Positions 34,554 through 43,555 of a stretch of DNA of 64,000 nucleotides are shown here, piece after piece (position 1 is the stretch's first letter; every line of letters begins with the position of its first letter). This DNA comes from Chloroflexota bacterium. Its GTDB lineage: Bacteria > Chloroflexota > UBA11872 > VXOZ01. The translations under genes and the position numbers were made by a program. Location of the stretch: assembly GCA_963662335.2 (NCBI GenBank), contig CAXXVD010000002.1, positions 498,062 through 562,061 on the forward strand, in the 5' to 3' direction. Under the pieces are notes generated by a model, which worked only from the letters and a program-made list of their open reading frames with translations, searched no databases and was not told where the DNA came from.

Positions 34554-35666
34554 ATGGGGGCAGCAGTAGAACGAGCGACCCAGGACCAAAGCGAAACGCG
34601 CCCGGCGCCGCTTCGTTCCAAGCGCCGGGACGCGCGCTTTCCTTTGATTCTGCTCGCTCTGGCGGCGGCCTTAATGTTGACGCTGACACTGGCCGTCACC
34701 ATTGGGCCGGTGGCGATCGCGCCTCTATCGGTGTGGCAGATTGCCTTTTCGCGCCTGACCGGCCTTGCCGCGGGCGAGTGGTCTGCCGCCCACGAGAACA
34801 TCGTGTGGCTGATCCGCTTGCCGCGCGTCCTCTTGGCGGCCCTCGTTGGCGCGGGGCTTGCCGTAGTCGGCGTCGCCATGCAGGCTGCCGTGCGCAATCC
34901 CCTGGCGGACCCCTACATTCTGGGGATTTCGTCCGGGGCGTCGCTGGCCGCGGTGCTGGTGATTCTGCTGGGCGTCTTCACGTTCTTTGGCATCTATTCA
35001 CTCTCGGTAGCGGCGTTCCTGGGCTCGGTGATGGCCTTTGTCATCGTGCTTGTGCTCGCGCAGAACCGGGGCACGCTCTCACCGGTGCGGCTGATCTTGG
35101 TTGGCGTGGCGCTATCGTACGTGCTTTCGGCGGGCACGAGTTTCATCATCTTTCGCGCCGACGACGCCGAGGGGATCCGGTCGGTTCTCTTCTGGCTCAT
35201 GGGGAGCGTGGCGGGCGCCAAGTGGAGCTACCTCACCATACCCTCGGTTGCGGTGCTGATAGGAACGACGTATCTGGTCTTGCAGGCGCGGCCGCTCAAC
35301 GCCTTGATTGCCGGGGAGGAAACGGCTATCAGCCTCGGCGTGAACACAAATAGGTTTCGCCGCGTGCTGATGGTGGTGGCGGCCATGATCACCGGCGTGA
35401 TGGTCGCTCTGGCCGGCGCCGTCGGCTTTGTGGGCCTGATGATGCCCCACACGGTCCGGCTCTTCGTTGGGTCAGACCACCGCCGGGTTTTGCCGGTCAG
35501 CCTGCTCGCAGGCGCGATCTTCCTCGTGTGGGTGGACGTGCTCGCGCGCACGATTGTGCAACCTGAGGAGATGCCCCTGGGGGTGATTACGGGATTTATC
35601 GGCGGCCCGTTCTTCATCTGGTTGATGCGCCACCGGCGGGACGCACTGGGAGGAGGCCGTTCATGA
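34554..35666 (+). CDS. FecCD-family iron/cobalamin-chelate ABC permease
   Basis: About 9-10 TM segments. RLPRVLLAALVGAGLAVVGVAMQ and GVITGFIGGPFFIWLM are typical FecCD blocks. Confidence 0.9.
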   Translation: MGAAVERATQDQSETRPAPLRSKRRDARFPLILLALAAALMLTLTLAVTIGPVAIAPLSVWQIAFSRLTGLAAGEWSAAHENIVWLIRLPRVLLAALVGAGLAVVGVAMQAAVRNPLADPYILGISSGASLAAVLVILLGVFTFFGIYSLSVAAFLGSVMAFVIVLVLAQNRGTLSPVRLILVGVALSYVLSAGTSFIIFRADDAEGIRSVLFWLMGSVAGAKWSYLTIPSVAVLIGTTYLVLQARPLNALIAGEETAISLGVNTNRFRRVLMVVAAMITGVMVALAGAVGFVGLMMPHTVRLFVGSDHRRVLPVSLLAGAIFLVWVDVLARTIVQPEEMPLGVITGFIGGPFFIWLMRHRRDALGGGRS

Positions 35667-36496
35667 CGTTGCACGTTGAAAACGTAACCTGGCGCGTGGA
35701 GGAGCAGACAATCCTGCGGGACGTGGCAGTGGACGTGGCAGCGGGAGAGCTTGTGGGAGTGCTGGGACCCAACGGCAGCGGCAAGTCCAGCCTGCTGCGG
35801 TGCATTTACCGCGCGCTAAAGCCCAATGCGGGATACATTGCCCTGGACGGCGACAACGTGTGGGACCTCGATCCGCGAGAGGCCGCGCGGCGCACGGCTA
35901 CCGTCCTGCAGGAGACGCCCGGCGAATTTGAATTTGTGGTCTGGGAAATGGTGCTGATGGGCCGCACGCCGCATAAGAGCATGTTCGCGCGCGAAAACGC
36001 GGAGGACCACAACCTGGTGGAGAGCGCCCTGGCGCAAGTCGGTATGCTCTCTTTCGCGGACCGCTCCTTCGTGACGCTATCCGGCGGCGAAAAGCAGCGA
36101 GTCCTGATTGCCCGCGCTTTGGCGCAACAAGCGCGTTTTCTTATCCTCGACGAACCGACCAATCACCTGGACGTGCGCTACCAACTGGAAATTCTCGATC
36201 TCGTGCGCGGATTGCGGGTGACGACCTTTACCGCACTTCATGATCTCAACCTGGCCGCAACGTACTGCGACCGCCTCTACATCATGTCGGAGGGAGAGAT
36301 TGTGGCGGCAGGAACGCCGGAGGACGTATTTCAGCCGGCGCTGTTGCGCAAGGTCTTCGGCGTAGAGGCCGAGGTGCAAGTCCATCCCCGCACCGGCAAA
36401 CTCCACATTGTCTTCCTGCCCGCGCACGCCGCCGCGCCGATGGCGACGGCGTCCAATGAGACGCTGGCTGCGGCTGTGCTGGTTGGTGAGAGCTAA
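35663..36496 (+). CDS. ABC transporter ATP-binding protein (FepC/FecE-like)
   Basis: GPNGSGKSS Walker A, LSGGEKQRV signature, ILDEPTNHLD Walker B. Start overlaps the permease stop. Confidence 0.9.
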   Translation: MTLHVENVTWRVEEQTILRDVAVDVAAGELVGVLGPNGSGKSSLLRCIYRALKPNAGYIALDGDNVWDLDPREAARRTATVLQETPGEFEFVVWEMVLMGRTPHKSMFARENAEDHNLVESALAQVGMLSFADRSFVTLSGGEKQRVLIARALAQQARFLILDEPTNHLDVRYQLEILDLVRGLRVTTFTALHDLNLAATYCDRLYIMSEGEIVAAGTPEDVFQPALLRKVFGVEAEVQVHPRTGKLHIVFLPAHAAAPMATASNETLAAAVLVGES

Positions 36497-36528
36497 AACG
36501 CCAGCACACACAGTGAAGGTGTTCCGCC

Positions 36529-37368
36529 ATGTCAGAGCCCCAGAGTGAGCAAGGGACGGACGATACGTCCCCGAGGGCCGCAGCAGAAACCAACGGCACG
36601 CCGTTTGATACGGTTGTAATCGTGGGTCGCGGCGGCTATGGCGCCGCGCCGCGTGAAGAACTGGAGCGGGTTGTTGCTACGGTAGCGGGTTCCGGATGCT
36701 ATCGGGATGTGCGCTACGCATTCATGGAGCAGGGCAAGCCGGCCTTGCCCGCGATGCTGGCAGAGTGCATGGCCGCGGGCGCGCGCCGCCTGCTGATTGT
36801 GCCCGCCCTTGTGCCAATGGATGGCACGCTGCGTTGGTGGCTGCCGCTCGCAATCCGTGACTGGGTGCGGGAGAACGTCGCGGATGGCACGATGGAAGTT
36901 GCGCTGGCGCCGCCGCTCGGCGACAGCGAACACTTGGCAGACGCGGTGAGCGCTGCGGTCGCGGACGCGGGCGGCTGCATGGAAGTCCGTGAGAATCCGA
37001 ACATTTCGGACCGAAAACGCTCCTGGAACCTCATACCTGGACATCGCCATCAGGTGTTTCTCTGCCACGGGCCCCGCTGCACGTTGGCGAACGCCCCGGA
37101 GACGTGGGCGTATTTCCAGGAGAAGCTCAGAGAGAATAAACTGCGGGGCAAGCGGGGCGTGATGACCGTGCGCACCGGTTGTCTGTATCCGTGCGACTTG
37201 GGGCCAGTCATGGTGGTGCACCCGGACGGCACCTGGTACGGCGGCGTGGACGAAGCCGCCGTGGACCGCATTGTGGCCGAGCACCTCGTGGACGGAGAAG
37301 CAGTGCCGGAATATGCGTGCGTTCCCGGCGCGCCGGCTCGAAGCCGGCCGGGCTCTGAGGGCAGCTAG
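36529..37368 (+). CDS. CbiX-like domain fused to a thioredoxin-like [2Fe-2S] ferredoxin domain
   Basis: N-half VVIVGRGGYG...RRLLIVPALVPMDG has CbiX/SirB-like topology but lacks the GHGS histidine. C-half has CHGPRC...GCLYPC (Cx4C...Cx3C) as in Trx-like 2Fe-2S ferredoxins. Confidence 0.6.
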   Translation: MSEPQSEQGTDDTSPRAAAETNGTPFDTVVIVGRGGYGAAPREELERVVATVAGSGCYRDVRYAFMEQGKPALPAMLAECMAAGARRLLIVPALVPMDGTLRWWLPLAIRDWVRENVADGTMEVALAPPLGDSEHLADAVSAAVADAGGCMEVRENPNISDRKRSWNLIPGHRHQVFLCHGPRCTLANAPETWAYFQEKLRENKLRGKRGVMTVRTGCLYPCDLGPVMVVHPDGTWYGGVDEAAVDRIVAEHLVDGEAVPEYACVPGAPARSRPGSEGS

Positions 37369-37476
37369 TTTTCCCACCGGTCTCGTGTGTGGGCCGCGCG
37401 CCGTGAGGTTAGACGTCTCCGTTCTTGGCGGTGGTTGAGGCAAACCACCGGTCTACGCTTCGGCTCTATCACTAGA

Positions 37477-37512
37477 GGGACGCCTTGTTCTCCAGGGAAC
37501 GGGGCGTTTTTT
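37477..37512 (+). terminator. intrinsic terminator of the ABC/CbiX-Fdx operon
   Basis: GACGCC-TT-GTTC-TCCAGG-GAAC-GG-GGCGTT followed by TTTTT. Confidence 0.6.
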
Positions 37513-37708
37513 GCATCCGGGATCGGTTGCTGCTTACGCATGGGTGGCGGCGCCTTGCGCTGGGGATGTGTCACAGGAACACCGAAGGTTGCGGCCCACT
37601 GACGCCAGCCGCCCAAGGCGCCGTCGTGGCGGCCACCTGCCTCCAGGACGCATAGCCGCTGCAACTTTCGGCAAGAACCGGACAACTCAATTTGACTCCG
37701 CCTGCCCC

Positions 37709-37757
37709 TTGACAAAGCTATTGCAAACTGTTTTACTTTAAATGAAACGCATTCTCA
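37709..37757 (+). promoter_or_regulatory. second copy of the promoter/operator module, upstream of binding-protein paralog 2
   Basis: CTTGACAAAG as at 33421. Box TGAAACGCATTCTCA (37743-57) resembles TGAGATGCGTTCTCA. The -10 is less clear (TTTACT). Confidence 0.35.
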
Positions 37758-37814
37758 AGAAGGTTGAGATTGTGAGTGAGAGGTAAACGTGCAATTGCGG
37801 AAAGGACTTTGGAA

Positions 37815-38837
37815 GTGACCAATTCTCGTCGCATGACCCGACGCGGCCTTCTTGCCATCGGTGTGGCAGGCGCGGGCAGTCTCCTGCTAGCAGGCTGTGG
37901 CACGGTAGCTGCCCCGCAACCGGCGGCGGAGCCGGCAGAGCCGGCGCCAGAGGCCGAGACCGCTTACACGCCCGTAACCATCGAGAACTGCGGCTTTACC
38001 ATTACGTACGACCAGCCGCCGCAGCGCGCCATTACGCTCTCTCAGGAAGCGACGGAACTGATGCTGGCGTTGGGTCTGCAAGACAGCATGGTTGGCACAT
38101 CGTATCTCAGAGACTGGGTGCACCCTGATTTCCAGGCGGCCTACGACCAGATTCCGGTACTTGCCGAGAAATATCCTTCACATGAGGTCACTCTGGGAAC
38201 GGAGACCGACTTCGTTTACGCTGCCTTTGTAAGCGCCTGGAATCGTGAAGATGTGGCAGGGCCGCGCGATGCGCTCTTGAAGCTTGGCATCGCGTCGTAC
38301 CAGTCGGCCGCCAATTGTAAAGAGGGCAAGGTGACCGTTGAGGATGTATTCGAGGACTTCCTGAAGATCGGGCAGATCTTTGGCGTGTCGGAGCGTGCCG
38401 AAGCGTACGTTGAAGAGCAGCGGGCGCGCTTGGCGGAAATCCGCGCCAAGGCGGGACCGCGCGACCCGAAGGTCTCGGTCTTCATCTATGACGGTGGCAC
38501 TGATTCGCCATACGCCGCGGTTGGCACGGGCATGGGGAATGCGTTGGTCGAAGAGGCGGGCGGGGTCAACATCTTTGCTGACGTCGAAGGCCTCTACGCG
38601 ACAGTGAACTGGGAGACCGTGGTCGAACGGGACCCCGACGTCATCGTGCTGTTCGATATGCCTGGATGGTCTACGGCTGCAGAGAAGATTGAGTACTTGG
38701 AAAGCACCGAGGCGCTTCACTCAATCAAGGCCGTGCAAAACAAGCGCTACGTGGAAGTGCGCTTCACGGTCGCGAACCCGGGCATTTACACCATTGACAC
38801 CATTGAATTGCTCGTGAATGCTTTCTATCCCGAGTAA
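37815..38837 (+). CDS. metal-chelate ABC substrate-binding lipoprotein, paralog 2
   Basis: GTG 37815, 8 nt after AAAGGA (alt ATG 37833). MTRRGLLAIGVAGAGSLLLAGCG lipobox. Clearly similar to paralog 1 along its whole length and also ends FYPE. Confidence 0.8.
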   Translation: MTNSRRMTRRGLLAIGVAGAGSLLLAGCGTVAAPQPAAEPAEPAPEAETAYTPVTIENCGFTITYDQPPQRAITLSQEATELMLALGLQDSMVGTSYLRDWVHPDFQAAYDQIPVLAEKYPSHEVTLGTETDFVYAAFVSAWNREDVAGPRDALLKLGIASYQSAANCKEGKVTVEDVFEDFLKIGQIFGVSERAEAYVEEQRARLAEIRAKAGPRDPKVSVFIYDGGTDSPYAAVGTGMGNALVEEAGGVNIFADVEGLYATVNWETVVERDPDVIVLFDMPGWSTAAEKIEYLESTEALHSIKAVQNKRYVEVRFTVANPGIYTIDTIELLVNAFYPE

Positions 38838-38909
38838 TTGATACGCATTCCAAACTTGCTGTGAATGCGTGGTAGTAGCTTTCGCGTAATTGCGGAAAGG
38901 ACATTGAAC

Positions 38910-39932
38910 GTGATCAATGCTCAGCGTATGACCCGACGCGGCCTTCTTGCCATCGGTGTGGCAGGCGCGGGCAGTCTCCTGCTAGCAGGCTGTGGCACGG
39001 TAGCCGCCCCGCAACCGGCGGCGGAGCCGGCAGAGCCGGCGCCAGAGGCCGAGACCGCTTACACGCCCGTAACCATCGAGAACTGCGGCTTTACCATTAC
39101 GTACGACCAGCCGCCGCAGCGCGCCATCAGTCTCTCCCAGCAATCGACGGAACTGATGCTGGCGTTGGGTCTGCAAGACAGCATGGTGGGCACGGCGTTT
39201 CTCAGAGACTCGGTTCCCTCTGATCTCCAGGCAGCCTACGAGCGGATTCCGGTACTTGCCGAAAAGTATCCTTCACATGAGGTTATTTTGGGAGCGGAGC
39301 CCGACTTCATCTACGCTGCTTTCGTAAGCGCCTGGAATCGCGAAGACGTGGCAGGGCCGCGCGATGCGCTCATGGAACTCGGCATTGCGTCGTACCAGAC
39401 GGCCTCCAACTGCAAAGAGGGCAAGGTGGTCGTTGAGGACGTTTTCGAGGACTTCCTGAACATCGGAAAGATCTTTGGGATAGCGGAGCGTGCCGAAGCG
39501 TACGTCGAGGGGCTGCGGGCGCGCTTGGCGGAAATCCGCGCCAAGACGGCGCCCGCCGACCCCAAAGTTTCGGTTTTCATCTATGACAGTGGGGGTGATA
39601 CGCCGTACGCCGCCGTTGGATCGGGCATTCTGAATGCATTGGTCGAAGAGGCCGGCGGGGTCAACATCTTCGCTGACGTCGAAGGACTCTTTGGGACAGT
39701 GAACTGGGAGACCGTGGTCGAGCGGGACCCCGACGTCATCGTGCTGCTCGATGCCCCAGGGTGGTCTACGGCTGCGGAGAAGAGAGAGTACCTGGAGAGC
39801 ACTGAAGCGCTTGCTTCCATCAAGGCAGTGCGGAATAAGCACTTCGTGGAGGTGCTCTTCACGGCCACGCAGGCGGGCATACGCACCGTAGACGCCATTG
39901 AAACGCTGGCGAACGGTTTCTATCCCGAATAG
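38910..39932 (+). CDS. metal-chelate ABC substrate-binding lipoprotein, paralog 3
   Basis: GTG 38910, 8 nt after AAAGGA (alt ATG 38928). The first 200 nt from the ATG match paralog 2 with one mismatch. The rest is diverged. Ends FYPE. Confidence 0.8.
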   Translation: MINAQRMTRRGLLAIGVAGAGSLLLAGCGTVAAPQPAAEPAEPAPEAETAYTPVTIENCGFTITYDQPPQRAISLSQQSTELMLALGLQDSMVGTAFLRDSVPSDLQAAYERIPVLAEKYPSHEVILGAEPDFIYAAFVSAWNREDVAGPRDALMELGIASYQTASNCKEGKVVVEDVFEDFLNIGKIFGIAERAEAYVEGLRARLAEIRAKTAPADPKVSVFIYDSGGDTPYAAVGSGILNALVEEAGGVNIFADVEGLFGTVNWETVVERDPDVIVLLDAPGWSTAAEKREYLESTEALASIKAVRNKHFVEVLFTATQAGIRTVDAIETLANGFYPE

Positions 39933-40063
39933 ACGTAGGAGAGGGTGTTTGCCCGCCCGGACAGCGACGGGGATTCAAGATTGAAGCGCGAACCGGCGCT
40001 TGGCAAGTTCCAAGCGCCGGTTCGCGCCACTTTTTCCACTCCCCACGGCCGCGGCGCATCCCT

Positions 40064-40879
40064 TCAGCGTGTTGGTTTACGGCAGCGGAGGTGGAGGAAG
40101 CAGGCGACGGCACGGGTGGCGGCGAGTTTGGGGTGGATGGCGATGGATTCGTCGCTGGCGTACGGTTCGGCGGATGCTTCTAGCGCCAGGCCGGCGGCGG
40201 TGAGCATGTTCAGCCAGTCGCTCAGGGTATGGAAGAAGCGGGGGATGCGAAACTTGGGAAAGCGCGCTTTCAGTTTGTCGGGCGCGGAGCCGAAAATCCA
40301 CTCTTCGATCGTGCCCTGCTCCGAGGCAAAGTAGTCGCCGCACTCCATGGCCACCCGCCGGCCGCTCTCGTCCAGCACCCACTTGAAGCGCGGCGTCAGG
40401 AAGCACGGGTGGAGGATCGAGAACTGGAAGAAGCCGCCGGGCTTGAGGACCCGCGTCACTTCCTGGAGCGCGGCCGCCTGGTCGGGAATGTCCATCAGGC
40501 TCATAGTGGCCATGGCGAAGTCGAAACCGGCGTCGGCGAACGGCAGGGCGACCCCGCTGGCCTGGAGGTATGCAATGCCCAGCGGCTCGGCACTTTCGGC
40601 TTGTTGGGCGTAGCGCACGAAGCGGCCGGCAATGTCCAGGGCGGTGAGGCGCGCGCCGCGTTGCGCGACCAGGCGGGTGTTGTGGCCTTCGCCGCAACCC
40701 ACGTCCAGCCCGCGCAGTCCGGCCACGTCGGGCAGCATTGCCAGGAAGGCGGGCGTGTTGATGTGGTCGCGGTACTTGTCGTAGCCCAGGCGGGTGAGGG
40801 TGGTCCAGGCCTCGGCGTTTGCGTCCCAGAGTTCGCCGACCGCGCGGTGGTCAGTGACTCTTTCGTCGTCCTTTCCCAT
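40064..40879 (-). CDS. class I SAM-dependent methyltransferase
   Basis: LRGLDVGCGEGHNT (motif I), ALDIAGRF, LKPGGFFQFSILHP. Confidence 0.8.
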   Translation of the reverse strand: MGKDDERVTDHRAVGELWDANAEAWTTLTRLGYDKYRDHINTPAFLAMLPDVAGLRGLDVGCGEGHNTRLVAQRGARLTALDIAGRFVRYAQQAESAEPLGIAYLQASGVALPFADAGFDFAMATMSLMDIPDQAAALQEVTRVLKPGGFFQFSILHPCFLTPRFKWVLDESGRRVAMECGDYFASEQGTIEEWIFGSAPDKLKARFPKFRIPRFFHTLSDWLNMLTAAGLALEASAEPYASDESIAIHPKLAATRAVACFLHLRCRKPTR

Positions 40880-41016
40880 GCGTGTTCCTCTTCATGCGGG
40901 TCTACGATTAGGGTGATTCAGGAGAGGGACAAGAGCAAATGCTAGCGCATGAGCCGCCGGGCTGTAAACTGAGACGGCCGCGCACGATCTGGGGGCCTAA
41001 GTCTCTAGCGCAACGG

Positions 41017-41044
41017 TGTAGGGGCACGACATGTCGTGCCCCTA
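41017..41044. repeat. repeat family E perfect palindrome
   Basis: GTAGGGGCACGACATGTCGTGCCCCTAC. Confidence 0.9.
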
Positions 41045-41107
41045 CACCTGTTGGCGAGTCCCATGAAGGCGCTTTTGCGGCGCCCTGCCACGTCGCTGTA
41101 ACCGCAA

Positions 41108-41275
41108 TGGGGACAAGCCCCCGGGATACGGCGCCGGCGGGGGACAAGCCCCCGCGCTACGCTGATTCGACACAAGCCCCTGCGCTACGCTGACTCGACG
41201 CAAGCCCCCGCGCTACGCTGACTCGACGCAAGCCCCCGCGCTACGCTGATTTGACACAAGCCCCCGCGCTACGGG
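41108..41275 (-). repeat. REP-A units followed by a 5 x 28-bp tandem array of the REP-A half-site
   Basis: CAAGCCCC starts at 41145, 41173, 41201, 41229 and 41257 (exact 28-bp phase). Unit is CAAGCCCCCGCGCTACGCTGAYTCGACR. The array ends directly at the flippase stop codon. Confidence 0.9.
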
Positions 41276-42838
41276 TCAGCCGCGCAGCGCGCCCCAGAAG
41301 CGGACAAGGTCCTCACGCGGCAGCGCGCGGAGGGCGATGACAAGACCGAGATAGACGGCCCCGGCCAGCGCCATGCCGGCCATGGCGGGAAAGTCGCGCG
41401 CCAGCCAGGCCACGGCGAACATGCCAACCCCGGCCAGCAGCGGCCGCCACGCCGCGCCGGCGATGGGCAGCGCAACGCGCTGGCGGCGGGCCACGACGAC
41501 GAACGGCGCGAGCAGCACGATTTCGGAGAGCACCGTCGTCACCGCCGCCGCCGCATAGCCGTAAAGCGGAATCAGGACGGCGTTGGCGGCCAGGTTGAAG
41601 GCCGTGGCGAGCGCGAAAGCAATGAGGATCCATTTTTGCTGGTCCAGGGCAATCAGGACGTATTGCGTGATGGCGTTGACATAGCTGAAGGGCAGGAACC
41701 AGATGAGAATCGCCAGCGCCGTTGCGCCGTGGGGCAGAAACTCGTCACCGCCCAGCAGCCAAATGAAGGGCGCGGCGTAGACGCTGAAGCAGACGGCGCC
41801 GCCCACGGCCAGCACGAGCATGAATTGCAGGGCCCGATTGAGAATGCCCTGCAGGGCGGCGCGGTCGGTCTCGGCAACGCGGGAGAGCGCCGGAAAGAGC
41901 GCCAGCACGAGCGTTGACGGCAACAGGGCAAAGGCTTCGACGTATTTGTAAGCCGCGCCGTACACGCCCACCTCAGTCTCGCCGCGCAGCAAGTGCAGCA
42001 TCTGGACGTCGATGCGGAAGAAGAGGAGGTTGAGCAGGGCGTTGAGCATGAGCGGCAGGGACGCCAGCATCAGCGCGCGGGCCCGTTGCCCGTCCCAGGG
42101 CGCGGCGGCGGTCGTATCGCTGGGCAGCGCGCGCAGCAGGGCGGCGGCGGTGACGACGTTGGCGAGCAGCGCCGTGACGCCCAGTCCCACGTAGCCCCAG
42201 CCGAGGCTAATCGCCACCGTGCCCAGGCCTACCGTGAAGAGCGCGGTGGCAACCTGCACCAGGGCGGTAAAGTCCATGCGCTCGCGGGCGGCAAAGAGGG
42301 AACTGGCGGTACCGGCGGCGTTGGCCGGGATGAGCGCAACCGCCAGCAAGCCGGCGGTGACGATGGTGGCAACCTCCGCGCGCCCGGCGTACCAATAGGC
42401 CAACATGATCAGCAGCACAGTCGGCACGGCGGCCAGCGAGAGCAGGAACCGGATGCGCCGCACCAGCGCCAGGTATGCGGGGGCCGCGTCCGGGCGCCGG
42501 CTCACGTCCCGCGTGAGCAGCACGCCGAGGCCAAAGTCCGTAAGCGGGCCAAAGTAGCCAATTACGTTGACGGCCACGGCGTAGAGGCCGTAGTCCTGCG
42601 GCCCAATGACGCGCAGGTAGTAGGCGGCAAACGCCCACGAGAGGATGCGCGCCACGACCACGGCCAGCAGCGGCACGAGCGCGTTGCGGGCTATGCGCCG
42701 CAGAAAGGCCGGCCCGGCATGAATTGCTGATTCGGCCGTTACCGTGCGCCGGGCGAGCCACCCGAACATGAGCAAGGCAAGCGCAGTGAGCGCCGCGCCG
42801 CCGCCGAGGAACAGTGCGAAGGGAATCTGCTGAATCAC
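41276..42838 (-). CDS. MOP-superfamily polysaccharide/oligosaccharide flippase (Wzx/MurJ-like)
   Basis: 520 aa with about 14 TM segments. Family-typical layout including LLTRDVSR and FPALSR loops. Confidence 0.7.
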   Translation of the reverse strand: MIQQIPFALFLGGGAALTALALLMFGWLARRTVTAESAIHAGPAFLRRIARNALVPLLAVVVARILSWAFAAYYLRVIGPQDYGLYAVAVNVIGYFGPLTDFGLGVLLTRDVSRRPDAAPAYLALVRRIRFLLSLAAVPTVLLIMLAYWYAGRAEVATIVTAGLLAVALIPANAAGTASSLFAARERMDFTALVQVATALFTVGLGTVAISLGWGYVGLGVTALLANVVTAAALLRALPSDTTAAAPWDGQRARALMLASLPLMLNALLNLLFFRIDVQMLHLLRGETEVGVYGAAYKYVEAFALLPSTLVLALFPALSRVAETDRAALQGILNRALQFMLVLAVGGAVCFSVYAAPFIWLLGGDEFLPHGATALAILIWFLPFSYVNAITQYVLIALDQQKWILIAFALATAFNLAANAVLIPLYGYAAAAVTTVLSEIVLLAPFVVVARRQRVALPIAGAAWRPLLAGVGMFAVAWLARDFPAMAGMALAGAVYLGLVIALRALPREDLVRFWGALRG

Positions 42839-42854
42839 GAACCTGCCGGGTGCA

Positions 42855-43196
42855 TCACTGCAAGAGAGCGTTGACCTTGCCTAAGACCGCGCTTACGACC
42901 TGCGTAGAAACCTGGCACGCGCAGCGAGCGCGCCTGGCCCGCCAGTCGAGGCTCTTGATTTGGTCGGCGAGCACGACACCGGTAATTTCGCCGGTAGGAG
43001 GAAGAGTGACCTCAAAGGGGTATCCTTTGACTTGCGAGGTAATGGGGCAGAACAGTGCGAGGCCGGCTTTCTCATTGTAGGCCGCCGGACTCAGCACCAG
43101 AGCGGGACGGCGGCCGGCCTGTTCGTGCCCAGACTGTGGACTGAAGCGCAGCCGAACTATTTCGCCTCTGGCGGGAATATAGTCGCTGTCTACCAT
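42855..43196 (-). CDS. mazF: MazF/PemK-family endoribonuclease toxin
   Basis: YIPARGEIVRLRFSPQSGHEQAGRRPALVLSP...FCPITSQVKGYPFEV...VVLADQIKSLDW. Confidence 0.9.
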   Translation of the reverse strand: MVDSDYIPARGEIVRLRFSPQSGHEQAGRRPALVLSPAAYNEKAGLALFCPITSQVKGYPFEVTLPPTGEITGVVLADQIKSLDWRARRARCACQVSTQVVSAVLGKVNALLQ

Positions 43197-43429
43197 GCTT
43201 CGCCGCCCTGGGCCGGACCGGAATCCTGTTCAGAATGGAGATTGTCGGCTGTCACCTGAGCCAGCATATCAGCAAGATCATAGGACTCCTTGCGCAGTAC
43301 GATATGATCGCCGCGCGGGATGATCTCGATCGCGGAGCCCTCGCGCACGTTCCACCGGCGCGCCACAGTCTCAGGAATGCGGATGATGAGGCTGGCGCCC
43401 AATTTGGAAACACGTAAGCGTGTGCTCAT
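43190..43429 (-). CDS. mazE: AbrB/MazE/SpoVT-family antitoxin
   Basis: ATG 43429 after AAGGAG. STRLRVSKLGASLIIRIPETVARRWNVREGSAIEI is a swapped-hairpin beta-barrel motif. Overlaps the mazF start. Confidence 0.85.
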   Translation of the reverse strand: MSTRLRVSKLGASLIIRIPETVARRWNVREGSAIEIIPRGDHIVLRKESYDLADMLAQVTADNLHSEQDSGPAQGGEAW

Positions 43430-43555
43430 GAGAACGTCTCCTTTCAGGTAATGGCACACTTTGGCGGCTGCTAGGCGGTAAGTAGAGTAGGCGCCCTCGC
43501 AAGACCGAACGCCGTGTGCGGAACAAGCGCTCTTCCCGTATTTGAACTCGCTAGA

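Noticed and set aside
37520-37700. Cobalamin-riboswitch-like fragments (GCGGCCCACTGA, GCCACCTGCC) between the CbiX-Fdx gene and SBP2
   Set aside because: Only loose matches to the GCCACTG core and the ACCTGCC tail were found, with no GGGAA/GGTG upstream elements. The region also lies upstream of the putative SBP2 promoter, not between promoter and start codon.
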